Below are positions 39,703 to 52,024 of a DNA stretch of 64,000 bases, in pieces. How positions within the stretch are numbered: position 1 is the stretch's first letter; each line of letters begins with the position of its first letter. The position numbers were made by a program, and so were the translations under genes. The notes under the pieces were generated by a model. That model had not been told where the DNA came from. It ran no database searches and was given only the letters and a program-made list of their open reading frames with translations. The DNA is from Lingula anatina (Eukaryota > Animalia > Brachiopoda), in contig CM120641.1 in NCBI GenBank assembly GCA_051362555.1, positions 16,492,001-16,556,000 of the forward strand. The letters run 5' to 3'.

Positions 39703-42700
39703 TTAGTTTACTAAAGTGTATTTCATACTGAAAGTACGTCCACTCGGTGCATTTGCACCGTACCCGTGGCAAGACGGAGAGCTGCGTACCCATAGCACGC
39801 TTTTCACTGTGTCATAGGTATAAGCACACGCGGGTTCTGATTTTATATCAACAGACACCAAGGCAGTCCAGTTTTTAACTTGCGTGTACCCATTCACCAC
39901 GGCGTTATTAGCCAGTGAATTGGCGATCTGAAATATCATCAGACGGTTTACAGGATCCTCGATATGAACGGTGGCGGTTAAAGTCTTGTTCTGGGGGTTA
40001 GATGTTGGATACATGGAAACTGTGGTGCCGTCCCACGCCTCCCCAGTCGCACCAAAGGTTGCGTTGGGCCACACCCACCAGTGGAAAAGGTCGGACCTGT
40101 CGCTGTAAGACGTTGCTCGAGGGTCTGCTGATTTTCCTAGTGTCCATACGCTTGGGTCGAGGGTTGGGACTGCAGAACCTTCAGGCAGAAACAAAGACAA
40201 TACATTAAACGATGGCATAAAACTTATTTTCAATTTGTATTTTAAGACTGTTTGATATCCTTAAATATTCTTGAGTCCTACAGAAAATGTTGCGTACATT
40301 AAAAGATGAACGGTCTTTAATGACATAACACTTGATATATAATAGATAAAATTTTCACGCCTTTTACGAAGGAAGACAATGTGTCATACCTGCTCTGACA
40401 AATAGTGGAGTCACCTCTAAAGGTGCGTTCACATGTTTGGTCTGGCTACCTTGCAATAAAGGCCCAGCTCCTATACGGAAGCGTCCGTCTGTGGCTTTAT
40501 CGTACTCGGCAGCGTGATTGAAGTCGATCCATTCAGTTTGCGCCGGGGCCATGCTAGTGTCCTGTGGCAGATACACGTCTTGGGAAGTATCCCCTTTTTT
40601 TAGAACCGGTGCCACCAAGAAGGCTGGTCCAAACATGAACTGTTGGTCTTGTTTTACTGCTGTTTGGTCATTTGGAAAACTAATTATATGATGTCTCATT
40701 ATTGGTATCCCAACCCGCCTTGATATATGTGCTTGGGTGTAGATGTATGGGAAAAGCGCCATTCGAAGTTTACACTGTTTCCTCCATGCAAATTCTCCTT
40801 CGGGCCAGTCAAAGATCTGTGACTTCGGTTGCCCAGCCAGAGAGCCCCCGCCATCCTGTGCTCTCATTATCCCGGAAAAAGTACCAACCTGTGACCAGCG
40901 TATCCACAACTCCAAACTAGGTGGGACAATCCACGCATACCCTCCGATGTCGGATCCTATGAATGGAAATCCCGAGAGGCTTCCGCTCAGCATGGCATGC
41001 ACTTGAGCGGGAAGACCAGAGTCCTGGGACCAATCGGACATAGGGTCCCCAGTCCAGTGGGCCCAGCTAACTGCACCCGATCCTGTGTATCCGGATCGGC
41101 AAAAGAAGATATACGGCGGAGCGTAGTCATCCTTGGGATCGGTGTCGATAGAATCGAAGAATGTCTTCACTGCGCTTTCGTACAGTATTGGGTAATTGTT
41201 ATGAATTTGCCTACCCATCAGGCCGTTATTAAAGCTACATTCAGGGTCAATATTTTCCCCATAGTCTGTCATGAAGCCGGAGTAACCCATGTCAATCGAT
41301 TCCTTTAGTTGGTTTCCGTACCATGCTACGGCTCCAGGAGCCGTAAAATCCAACACGGCAGCCTTTAGGACGATAGAACTCACTGTCCGGAAGGCAATTA
41401 TATCTGTCTTTCCGTTGAACTTCACAAAGTATCCCTTCTTTTCGGCATCTTCGAATACAGGATTGTAGTTCGTGACTACTCTTGTGTTGTAGTAGGCAAG
41501 AGGATTGACACCGAGTTTTTTCAAAGCTTTGTTTCTTGACAGAATTGCACTTTCTTGTCCTCTTTGCTGTCCAAGGGGCAAGAATTGTACTTCGTCGTAT
41601 TCGATGCTATGCGGAATGTCCCTTTTCAGTAAGATATTCGCAGCATCGATTGATCTATTTGTGCCATTTATACGGAGAGCATCGGCAGCTGTGATCCAGA
41701 CGCCGAATTCATAGGGAGGGGGTATGAGAGACCGACCCGTGGAATGAGTGTAAGCACGAACAACGGACGCTGCATCACCAATGTAAACGACGAGATCCAG
41801 CAAAGTGTCTTCAACTTCTACTAAATACCCCTCTTTATGTGTTTTGCACATGTCCCAGTTTGAGCGAAGAGAGGTATTCATGTATATGCCATATCCTGAG
41901 GAGGATACAAAGTAAGGGGATGGTGAATAGGTCTGTGTCGGATTCATATCAGGTAAACGATTTTTTGGAAAGATTGTAAACCCCCAGCCCCCGCCTTCAG
42001 CCCATGAGTACACATATTGTCCTCTTTGGTTTACAGCGTTGTATCGGACACCGAACCCGTAATACCCCTCGTTTTCCTTTGCTAAAAACCCAATGCTCGT
42101 GCGCAGTTGGCCAGACAACGTGCATATTGACATAAATGTTTCTTCTATGTTTTGCTTCGGATATGGAATAAAATCGATGATCAGTTTGCCAGCTTTATCG
42201 AGAACTTCCATGCAAATGTTGCAAATAGTAGCAGTGGGATTACCATGTGTGCAAAAATGTACTTTCTCGCAAATTTCTTTCGCGGTTAAATTCTGGATCA
42301 GCAATCCGTAGACGACATCGCCCACGGCTTTCATGCTATTTAGGCATAAGGGATTGTCAGGTTCTGGCACAACTCCAGAACCACTCTTATCGAACAGCTC
42401 CGCCTTTAACATCACCTGATTCTCTGTCACATTACCTACGACAAATCCAATGGTGTGCCCCTCAGATGAATTTGTCCCTAGTCTTAAAAACGCTTGAGTC
42501 TTGTCCTGGGATAGATTCCAAGATATAAGACTGTTCACTACCATTCGATCTATCTGGTGCATGAAGCGCCACGAATACCCATTATAAATATGGGGTTCCA
42601 TTCCTAACCACTTTGACACCCCCAGTGTACCCCACTGGTCAGGCACACTTAGGAGCACGGTCCTGGTGACACCTTGTGTAGAGAACTCAATAGTAAGCTG

Positions 42701-43110
42701 CCATGTTTCTTTGCTTAATTTCACTGTTAGATGCCCACCGGAGATGACCATGTCATTGTTTTGAAGGCTGCATGACAATATTTCGTATTTGCCATTAACG
42801 CTATTGCTTGATGCTATGCTTAGGGCTATTAACACTGCGTGGCAGGCAATGGCGACCTGAAATGAACGAATGAGACTAACCACTATAAAAGCATGAATGA
42901 TATTAATCACTTTTATAGCAATATTGAAATGTAATAACTTTTAAAATTTTGGATCATTAAACCATATTAACCATTTTGTAAAATATAGTGGAATTATGTA
43001 ACTTTGATAATATGTTAAGATTATAAGATTTAATTTAATAAGAAATATTAAAAAAGGTAACAAATATACTATAGACTAAAAACACGTACCCAAAATTTAG
43101 TTAACGCCAT
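39703..43110 (-). CDS. Secreted glycoside hydrolase family 31, copy 2, with inserted swaposin domain; exons 43110-43090, 42856-40390, 40178-39703
   Basis: Same motifs as copy 1 (GFMTDYGE, HWTGDPMSDWSQDSGL, GSDIGGY, QFMFGPAFLVAPV, PLFVRAG) and the same intron positions. Signal peptide MALTKFW|VAIACHAVLIALSIASS. A TATA-like element lies at ~43171-43180. Confidence 0.93.
42122..42346 (-). other. Circularly permuted saposin-B (swaposin) domain inside GH31 copy 2
   Basis: CLNSMKAVGDVVYGLLIQNLTAKEICEKVHFC-THGNPTATI-CNICMEVLDKAGKLIIDFIPYPKQNIEETFMSIC; all six Cys are conserved at the same spacing as in copy 1. Confidence 0.8.
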
Positions 43111-43768
43111 ATTCCTCCCTCTAATCACTCTTTGGTTACATGCAATATCATTAACCGACAGAAAGGTCCATATATAAATAATATCTGTTAATAAGGTCAG
43201 TGCACTAAATATTTAGTACATTTTGTGCGACGGAATGTATTCACTGCTAGGGCTGACCATTGTAATCAACGTTGATAATACACCATGCCTTTGGAACTTG
43301 TACATCATATGATACCTAAATATAGAGCATTGTTGAACCAACTCTAGTGCTATTATCTTCATGTTTTCACTGGTGTCGAGGTAATGAGTTAGTAGAATTA
43401 ATATGTTCTTTTTATAAACAGTCTTTTTTGCACCCTAATATGTCTTCTTTCTTATTTTTATTATTTTTTCTATCTTCAGCGATACTCTATGCTTATTTTG
43501 CATTTAATTTCATAATTTACTTGTCTGTGCTTGTCTTTTTGTCATTTATATTTATTTATTAGCACTATTAATTTTTTGCTTGCGTTTTATTTATTTATTT
43601 ATTTTTATTCTTCTTCTATCAATTCAACAAAGTCTTCTTTTAGTAGTTTATTCCTTTTTGCTGACTGAAAGAAAAAACGGTATCAGAGTTTTTCACCAAG
43701 TTCTTAACTCTACGGCAAGGCTGAGTATAGAATAAAAAAAAACGCATAGACTTCCCCTCTGAAGCCCG

Positions 43769-43770
<2 letters not shown>

Positions 43771-43814
<44 letters not shown>
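43771..43814. repeat. Poly(T) tract (~44 nt)
   Basis: Read directly. Confidence 0.9.
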
Positions 43815-43817
<3 letters not shown>

Positions 43818-44410
43818 GACATAATGAAGAGCAATGAAATCATTCCATGTGATACTATAACCTTTATTGCTTAAAATGATCGTTAACATTTTAATTGTTG
43901 AGACTGTAATCGTGGAGTTGCTTCAGACATGGATATTTCTGTATTGTTCAGTAATTGATGTATTGATAAGATGGATTTATTTAATGTATCCCAATCAATC
44001 TTCAACTTGATAATACACGGATCTGGAATTAGTTTACATAACCTCAGACGTATAACAACGTTAACTCCGGTGTAGTTTATTCACATACATTTTACTCAAG
44101 TCTAACATTCACAAAAATGTTCATTTTCATAAACGTAAAATAAATCATAAAAATAGCATAGTTGAACAACATTTCATAGTCTTCTTCTATCAATGATTAT
44201 CAGTCTTCATTCAAGCTGCTTCAAAATTTTATCAAAAAAGAAATATTTGAAAATATTAATTCCCGTGAAAATTTCTTTTAAAAATTAACACTTACAAACA
44301 GTTAATAAATTATCACGTCTGTACTTGCTTGTTATAGTTTACATCCTTTCCACATTTTCAGTGAATGCATTTAGCCGTGGATATAAATTTATTACCAAGA
44401 CAATATTGAT

Positions 44411-44484
44411 ATCGCAGGTGGCCTACTAGTTGGTTAAAACGCCTGTGTAATAAACAGAACCTGAGTTCGACTCTCAGCGAGGCT
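44411..44484 (+). pseudogene. tRNA-Thr(AGT)-like pseudogene or tRNA-derived SINE head
   Basis: GTGGCCTACTAGTTGGTTAAAACGCCTGTGTAATAAACAG...CTGAGTTCGACTCTCAGCG has an A-box, a perfect T-arm with B-box and a CTGT/ACAG anticodon stem. It parallels metazoan tRNA-Thr(AGT) but has an insertion, a shortened variable region and an altered anticodon loop. Confidence 0.65.
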
Positions 44485-47400
44485 TTGACAAGAACTTTTT
44501 TCTTCATTTCAGAATCATTCCAGTAACACTGTGCAATTATCTGTTACAACGCACAAATAGTCCAGACGATGAATGGTACCAAGGACGACCCCATTCGTAC
44601 CACGGACACAACGACAAACTCCAAATATGCAGGACTTTAACCAAGACTCCGACCGATCTTCATGTCGTAACCTTTGATTACGTAAAAAGAGATCGTGAAG
44701 TCGGGACAAAAGAAAATTATTTTTGTATTTCACGTCTGAGTTTTGCAGAAACGGGAAACATTGGGGCAAGCATATACATTATAGTCATTCTATTTAAGCT
44801 GTCACTATGCCAGTATCTTCTATTAAGTGATTAACAATCTCACTGAGTTCTTATTGTGCAATGTAAATCTAATTGTTGTAACATTTTATTACACGTAGAT
44901 GTTTTTTGTTAGAATTTATCTATCGATCTCATTGCTTTAAAGTTTATCGTATTTTTATTTTGCTAAGCGTTTTTAGACATCGGACATAATTATAAGAGAT
45001 TTCTCGACCGTTATTTAAAATCTAACACAGAACCCACAACAAACGTCCCCGATGCTAAAAATAAGGGCATATTGAATCAAAATGTAATTTATATGTAAAA
45101 GCATAATTTTATCATTGTAAATAATGTCACATTGATACATCATATCATTTATTTTTTTCATTTGTGTTTTCGTGTAATAGCAGATTTAACGAAATTGTGT
45201 TTATACTTGGAAAGGTACTGAACTAATTTTTATTTTCTAGTGCATCAATGTATAAAACAAAATTAAAAAATTACTTCAGCAAATCAAGCTCTCGATAAAT
45301 TTAAACTTGGTCTTAATATAAATATTCAATACATATGTGGCCAATTTCTTACTTTAGAAAAATCACCCTTATCTGAATGTACGTGATACAGTATGTAAAT
45401 GTGCAATTATGTACTTGGTATATCTAAAGGGAAAAATCACTTCATATCTATGCAGAAAGTTGATTTTGATCTTTTGAGCTATTAAGTGAGTAGATTTATT
45501 TTTATATAGATTCCATATTTATAGTATTCATATGACCATTTTCTCTGAAAATTTGTAACCATATTTTGTCTCTTTTTTAATATTTAAAGCACGGTGGCAA
45601 AAGCTGTTTTAAGGATAATCATTGTAGTGGTAATAATAGATATAAGATTTCGTTTCTTGATAAACATTGTTCTTGTTATTTTAAGCAACACAAGCAAATT
45701 TTATGTGTGGAGATTATCCGTGATTCTAACTCTTCGCTTGACATCACCTTAGTGATGAAATAAGTGGCTACGTTAATGTGCCCTTACAACTGAGAACAAC
45801 TGAGAAATTGTTCAAATCGATATGCACAGTTTCCTTGGGCAAAGCCTTATGCCTATATTTTTAGCTGATATTTTCATATTTCACCTTGACTGTTTTGTTT
45901 GAATGTCTAAATTATTTAATTTATGGAGAACGTATACGGGATTATGGAGCAAGAAAGAAGTACACTTGACAAACATTTCTTGGGTCTGCATTTTTCCAGA
46001 ATTTTTGCACTTCCAAAAGCAAAAGTATTTTATATATAAACATTTTAATAGGACCAACCCAGTCTTCACTCGGCTCCACATGAACGTTTACACATAATTT
46101 GCATTTTAACTTTGAATAAAACGTTCTGAGTAAGAGGAAACAATTTCTTTATATTACATAAAAGGGGATACAGCATGCCTTTGAATAAGTTCAAGACAAT
46201 GGAATCCCCATATTCTGCCCTTCAGCGATCATTTTAATTCTTTTTTCAAAGAATGTGTACAATATTATTTTCTTAACTATCACAGGCCTAATTATTCTAA
46301 AAGCCCTTTTCTCTCGTTGAACATATTTTCATATTTTGTACAGATTTAGCTTTGTGAAATCTTTCACATTTATCACTTTCGATAATATCAGAATCTAGAT
46401 GTCTCAAAGGAAAATTTTCAGTTTCATTGGGAAGCTGTACAGTATGTGTAAACACAGTAGCCACTTTTATGCGTGTTAAGATATTTGCCACTACCAGCTA
46501 AGGTCAGCTGTCTCTGTGATTTTTACTTGTTAAATGTACCCTGAGGTGAAACTGTTCTCATAGTTCAGACTCGTTGCGTATAATCTTTTGAGAGCATTTC
46601 AATTTTAATCCAGGCTGTGATACCTTTTATTGATAAATTTAATTTTTAGGAGCTATGTAGCATGTTTTGCTATTTTTTTGAAGAATTGAAAAACAATAAA
46701 CTGTTCACGTTACACCATACATGTGTACATTGTATATAACTCTATAAACACTGTATTCTGCTCGGTAGGATTTAAATTAAAAGTATTGTCAGACATTCGA
46801 AAAGTAGCAAAAAATACATTTGTGATGTATAATTCAATTACAAAAAGGAAAAATACACTGAGTTAAGATAAACGCCACAGACAACTATTTCGGAAAAAAG
46901 AATAGCCCATAAATGTAGCAAAAAAAATACTTACATGTATCAAGGCAACTGAGAAAGTATGTTACAACTTCCCCTATTATTGCCGGTTGCATTATTAAAG
47001 ATACGCAGGAATTGGGCCGCTATGAACAGAAATATTAACTCGACTTGATTTGCAATTCTTTAAAAAATACAATCGGATTGCATTGTCAAGTAAAAGTGCT
47101 TTCGCTGAAATACACAAATTTGGGTTCACCACCTTATTTGCTCTGCCCAACCTAGTTACCGGCAGTAATTTTAAAAACAACTTTATGATAGGTGAAGTAT
47201 GCGCTGCCACAATGGCCCCTTGAATCAAATCATAAGTAGGAGATAAGAATGAATGAATGACCAATCAATCAGATTTAACATTGGCGGTGACATCCAGTCT
47301 CTGGTGGCAGGGCTCGGGCTACCAGACTTGTCACCAGAAAAGATCTACTGCCATTTTCCATACTTAGTTTTTAGTAAGACATAAGTGATCCAAAGAACCA

Positions 47401-47956
47401 GTTGCGTGGAAAGGGTAACCTGTAGTGCAACATGTGTCTTTGAATTGTAAAATGACCGTAGATAGGTTCAGGCAAAAGCACCACTAGCCTTGTTTACGAT
47501 CTCCAAATTTATTAGCCAAACTAGGCTGCGCCCGGGGAAGTCGTCCAAACCCCCTGTGATGGAGGTGATTTATTCTCTACTTTCCATTTTTGAAGTTATT
47601 AGAAATAGATAGTGTTTTATCCTTCCATTTTTTATTTTCAAATCGACGAATCTGGATCGACCCTAGAGCAAGAAATGATGAATAAATTACTAAAGTTGAC
47701 TAACTAAAAATACGTCAAATGTCTTTCTGAAAAAATCGCTATTAACATTAAGAATCTAAAAGTGAATAAATTTGTGTCACTTCAGAAATCTACATATGTC
47801 TTCGGGGAAGTTTTTAAGGTTGACATTATAGAAGACAAGGACACATACAGTCTGGGATGTAAGAATCTCATAAATTCTGTATTCATTTCTATCCTGTGAT
47901 AACACAGATCTTTCTAAATATAAACTATATATAAATATAAACTAAATGGAAATAGA

Positions 47957-48004
47957 GATGTACACCAATATTTAACATACAGATAAGTGGAATATTTAAC
48001 CTAA
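47957..48004. repeat. 48-bp exact dispersed repeat, copy 1
   Basis: GATGTACACCAATATTTAACATACAGATAAGTGGAATATTTAACCTAA, identical to 50889-50936. Confidence 0.9.
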
Positions 48005-50888
48005 TGAATGTAAATATCTGACATAGTTCATTTTCCCTTGAGCAGCCCGTTTTTTCTCTCGCTGCTATTTTTTAAATTTTCCATTCCTTTCATCAAAGAT
48101 GTCAAATTTTATCACATCATCTTTTACACAGTATCCCCGCAGTCATACAAGTAAATAAATCTATGATCTTGTGTGACTGAACATACATCACGTCACTTGC
48201 CCAACCGTCAGTAAAGTCGTAAATCATGTTTACGTAGTTGCCAGCCTACCGATCTGGCTGTCCCTCCTTAATCTCCCCCAAGTTGTGATAATTTCGTTTA
48301 CCGGACTGCTTACTGGCAAGAGTGGCCACCTTTCCATGAGATAACGCCGCGTGTAGAACTGCCCCAAGCAGAGGCAAACAAGTAAGGAGTATTTTTCAAA
48401 TGATGCATGATCAATCCTATTTTTGGTGATATGGGACTAAGAAAATTTGAAAAATATGTATGAAAGTGCTTTTTGATGAAAAATATTTTTCTTAATATTC
48501 GTGTCGTTTGGCTCAGGAAAAAGTGTAACATATAGAACCGCTACCATAACTAGTTGAAAATCAAATTTCATATTGATTAAATTACCCTTTCACGACAAAT
48601 ATGCATTCGTTCTAAAAATAAATGAAATAAATTGCATTAGTTTCTGCACATTATCAGAAACGCAATTCTCTTTCTTGGTCGAATTTTGAATTAGATGTTT
48701 TTAGAACCGCCATTTCCAGTCTACATATTTCTTTCTTTTGACAGAGGAGACACGTTAAAAATATGAAAATCATTTTAAGAGCTAAAAGTTGAGCCTCAAT
48801 TCATCAAGTCGCCAGTGCAAACTTTCGCGCTTTTTCCGATCGTCGAGTAATCACCGCATTATGCTAATGATGTAACAGAAATTATCCAATCAGATTAAGA
48901 TAAAGCAGCTCTTGCTTCCAGGTGGCAGGTGAGTTCTAGCAAAATATTTCGGGAGAACAAGACGAGAAATTACATCTTACCTGCGCAAGATGCATTTAGA
49001 ATAGAAGACCAAGCAATAAAATATCTATAAAAAGGTTAAAATCCTATTCATACATTGACAGGTTAGCAAAGATTCTCTCCCAGTAGTTACTGCTGAACAG
49101 ACAACATAGGGAATTCTGTAAAAAGAAAACACTTTGCGTACATTTAGCAAACTGAATTGATATTTGAAGCCTCTATATTTGCCAAACACTGCATTTCCTT
49201 GTGCCCTCGACACCATGGTAAAAAAAAAAGCTTGGGATTTTTTTTACAAGTGGCTTTACTTTGAAGGCCCAGCTAAACTGATCAGGGCTGGGAAAACCCC
49301 GTCACGAGTAAATTTTCTCTATCTCCTTATCTTGTCTGTATTAATATTGTTTTATTTAATTTTTCACTATTCGGTACTTTTTCTATATTGTAAATACTTT
49401 CACACGTGGACCAATTACATTATTAGTGCTAGCTCTATACCGATAGAATATTCTAAAATTGCAAAATTATTTTTGAGAGTCTATCCCTTTGCTCCCTCGG
49501 AAACGTAAGTCCGTCTTTCCCCTCCCTCTCCTTGTAAGCATTGGTCTTTATTGATTTTAATTAGAATTATCTGTGATAAATCGCCATGTTATGCTCCATG
49601 TTAGTAAAATAATGTTTTGAAAGAGGCTGAGGTTCCCATTGATAAACACCGAGCAAGGCATGCCTTGATAAGCTTGCCGGTCAGAGGTTAAATCCCTGGA
49701 GATGACCAAGCTACTGGTGTCTAAATTTCAATATTTAGAAACGGTCTAGTTTTGCTGTCAGTGAGAACTACTGCTTTCCTGCGAAGAGAAACACGTAGAC
49801 GTATGCAGTAGATGGACTCGGTCAGTTTGAAGAATTTGTCGACGGAGACGTTGAACTAGTCTTTCTTGAAGCCTATATATCTGTGATATGACATGAATAT
49901 TTAATACCTGAAATAGCGGTTTACACTACGCTTGTGGCAAATCAAACAAATGGAACACGTACATAGCTCACGACACCGCGTACTTCCAGCGTAAGGCTTA
50001 TATATTCAGATCTTGGGGGATCTTCGCACAATTAACGCCGGATTTACGCAAGCTACAACTTAGCGTCGAGGTTTTAAGTGGGATCACAACATATGTCTCC
50101 AGACTACAATGCGTAGTTAATGGAAGAATTGTTTTAAGGAGAGCGTGTACAAACACTTTTAGGTTAGAATACACACGGGATCGCGTAAGAGTGTTGATAG
50201 AAGTTAGGCAAACACCAGGCGTAGCTGGCACGACGAGATTCCATCCGCAGAGCTCCGACACCGTAACTGGGACATTTTGGAACCCGCAGCAGAGAAAAGT
50301 AATTAGCCAGAACAGCAACCGTGGTAAGTGATAGTTTTCTAAGATTTTGCTTCTGAAATTTGTGGTGTCAACCACATGTTTTTGCAGCAGTTACTTTGTT
50401 GGCATAGGATAACGATCGGTTGTCGCAGGGACCTACAATATTTAACTCAAAACAAAATGGCAGCCTCACTCTTTTCGATAATTTTGGTGGACCGATCGTC
50501 TATGACACGGTTCTTATTGTAGGCAGTAACCGCTTGCGGTAAAATGATTTAGATGTTCACCGTTTCCACTAGCGGGGTGGTTAAGTGGATTTTTAAGGAT
50601 ACATCACAGATCCTTCAGGTTCACGGAAACTATCCGACTTAATTATATCCCTTAAGTTATAAACAGAATTAAGATGTTATGACATTCGACCACCATGATG
50701 GCGACAATAAATGACCGGGATAAGATTTTCCTAGAAATTTTATTGCTTAAATCATTGGCGTCGACAACGTTGACACGCAGAATAAGTTAAGTAAAATTTA
50801 ACCGTAATATCTTTGAAGACGACTACTATCTGTGAAAACGACGGCAAAAGGTATACATTCGAGCTACACGATGTCAGTACAGTGCATT

Positions 50889-50936
50889 GATGTACACCAA
50901 TATTTAACATACAGATAAGTGGAATATTTAACCTAA
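50889..50936. repeat. 48-bp exact dispersed repeat, copy 2
   Basis: Identical to 47957-48004. Confidence 0.9.
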
Positions 50937-51971
50937 AAAAGAAGATAGCCACCCCGAAAAAAAATAGACACGCTATCTGGAAAGAATGAATTTAAAGCCC
51001 CCCTTTTCTTTGTGGTTTATCCCTGACTAATACACAAGGAATTGTACAGTATGTTTAATCTTCAGATTAGTCGTGGTTGTTTAAAGCAAATGGAACCTTC
51101 AAAATATATTTTATTCGTATATAAATACACGTTTGACATTTAGAGACTCCCCTCATAAAAAAGCAGCCTTCGACCATGCTCACGAAAATTTGATTTTGCG
51201 CAATTCATCATGTTTAGTTCAAAACATATCGCTTTTTTCATAACTAAGAAAATTTAAATACTGAAATGGGTGACATTGGATTTTTCAACATGGCGTAAAA
51301 ATTATTTATAGGCAGAAAGTAGCTTACGTGATTTATCACTCACAGCTCACAATGTTGAATACAGTTTTAAAAAATCATATATCCAAACATGTTATTATGC
51401 ATACAAAGCCATTTATTATTTCTGTAATTATTTGGTAAGTGCTTCCGTTTAAAAATGTAAGCAATTATATTCTGAATTGTAAAAAATATTTTCTTCAAAA
51501 ATCCTTGAAGTTCTTGAAGTCCTTTTATGCAGTCATATTTCAATCTGTTATTTCGATGCAAATTTTTTAGCGTGCATATTAGGCTTACTTATTTTTTGTG
51601 AATAGATAGATTGAAAATAAGACTGAGCTTCTACTACTTAAGGCAACAAGTATAATTAGAAAAATTCGTGTTCCATTTTTTTAAAGAACAATTCCAATTG
51701 CGTTCCTATTTAGTGGTTTTTAGCTTTCCATTTTCCTAACTTGGCACAAGTGGAAATAGTTGTCAAAGCTATAATGGTTCGATTAATTGCTATTTTGTCA
51801 GGAAATTTTGTTTCTGTCATCCTGTTCACGTAATTGTGTTTAATAATGTTACAAATTGCAAACACAAAAGAAATTATAAGGACATGCATGTACGCCGCAA
51901 GATCATGACATCTTTAAGAAACATACAATGTAAAAATAATGGACCTAATCTAGTGAATGCAACAAAGTAAA

Positions 51972-51974
<3 letters not shown>

Positions 51975-52024
<50 letters not shown>
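51975..52024. repeat. (TAA)n microsatellite
   Basis: Read directly. Confidence 0.95.

Noticed and set aside
35831-42910. Calling the GH31 pair sulfoquinovosidases (yihQ) or alpha-xylosidases (yicI)
   Set aside because: The catalytic motifs are similar, but the YihQ sulfonate-binding segment is not recognisable, and specificity cannot be assigned by eye.
35081-43110. Bacterial contamination or misassembly explaining the GH31 genes
   Set aside because: Both have GT-AG introns at matching positions, eukaryotic signal peptides and a saposin-type insert, and their AT-rich flanks are continuous with host genes.
43771-43814. Poly(A) tail of a retroposed element
   Set aside because: No target-site duplication or recognisable element body could be identified.
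44411-44484. Functional tRNA gene
   Set aside because: The acceptor stem is poor, the D-arm has an insertion, the variable region is shortened and the anticodon loop is altered.
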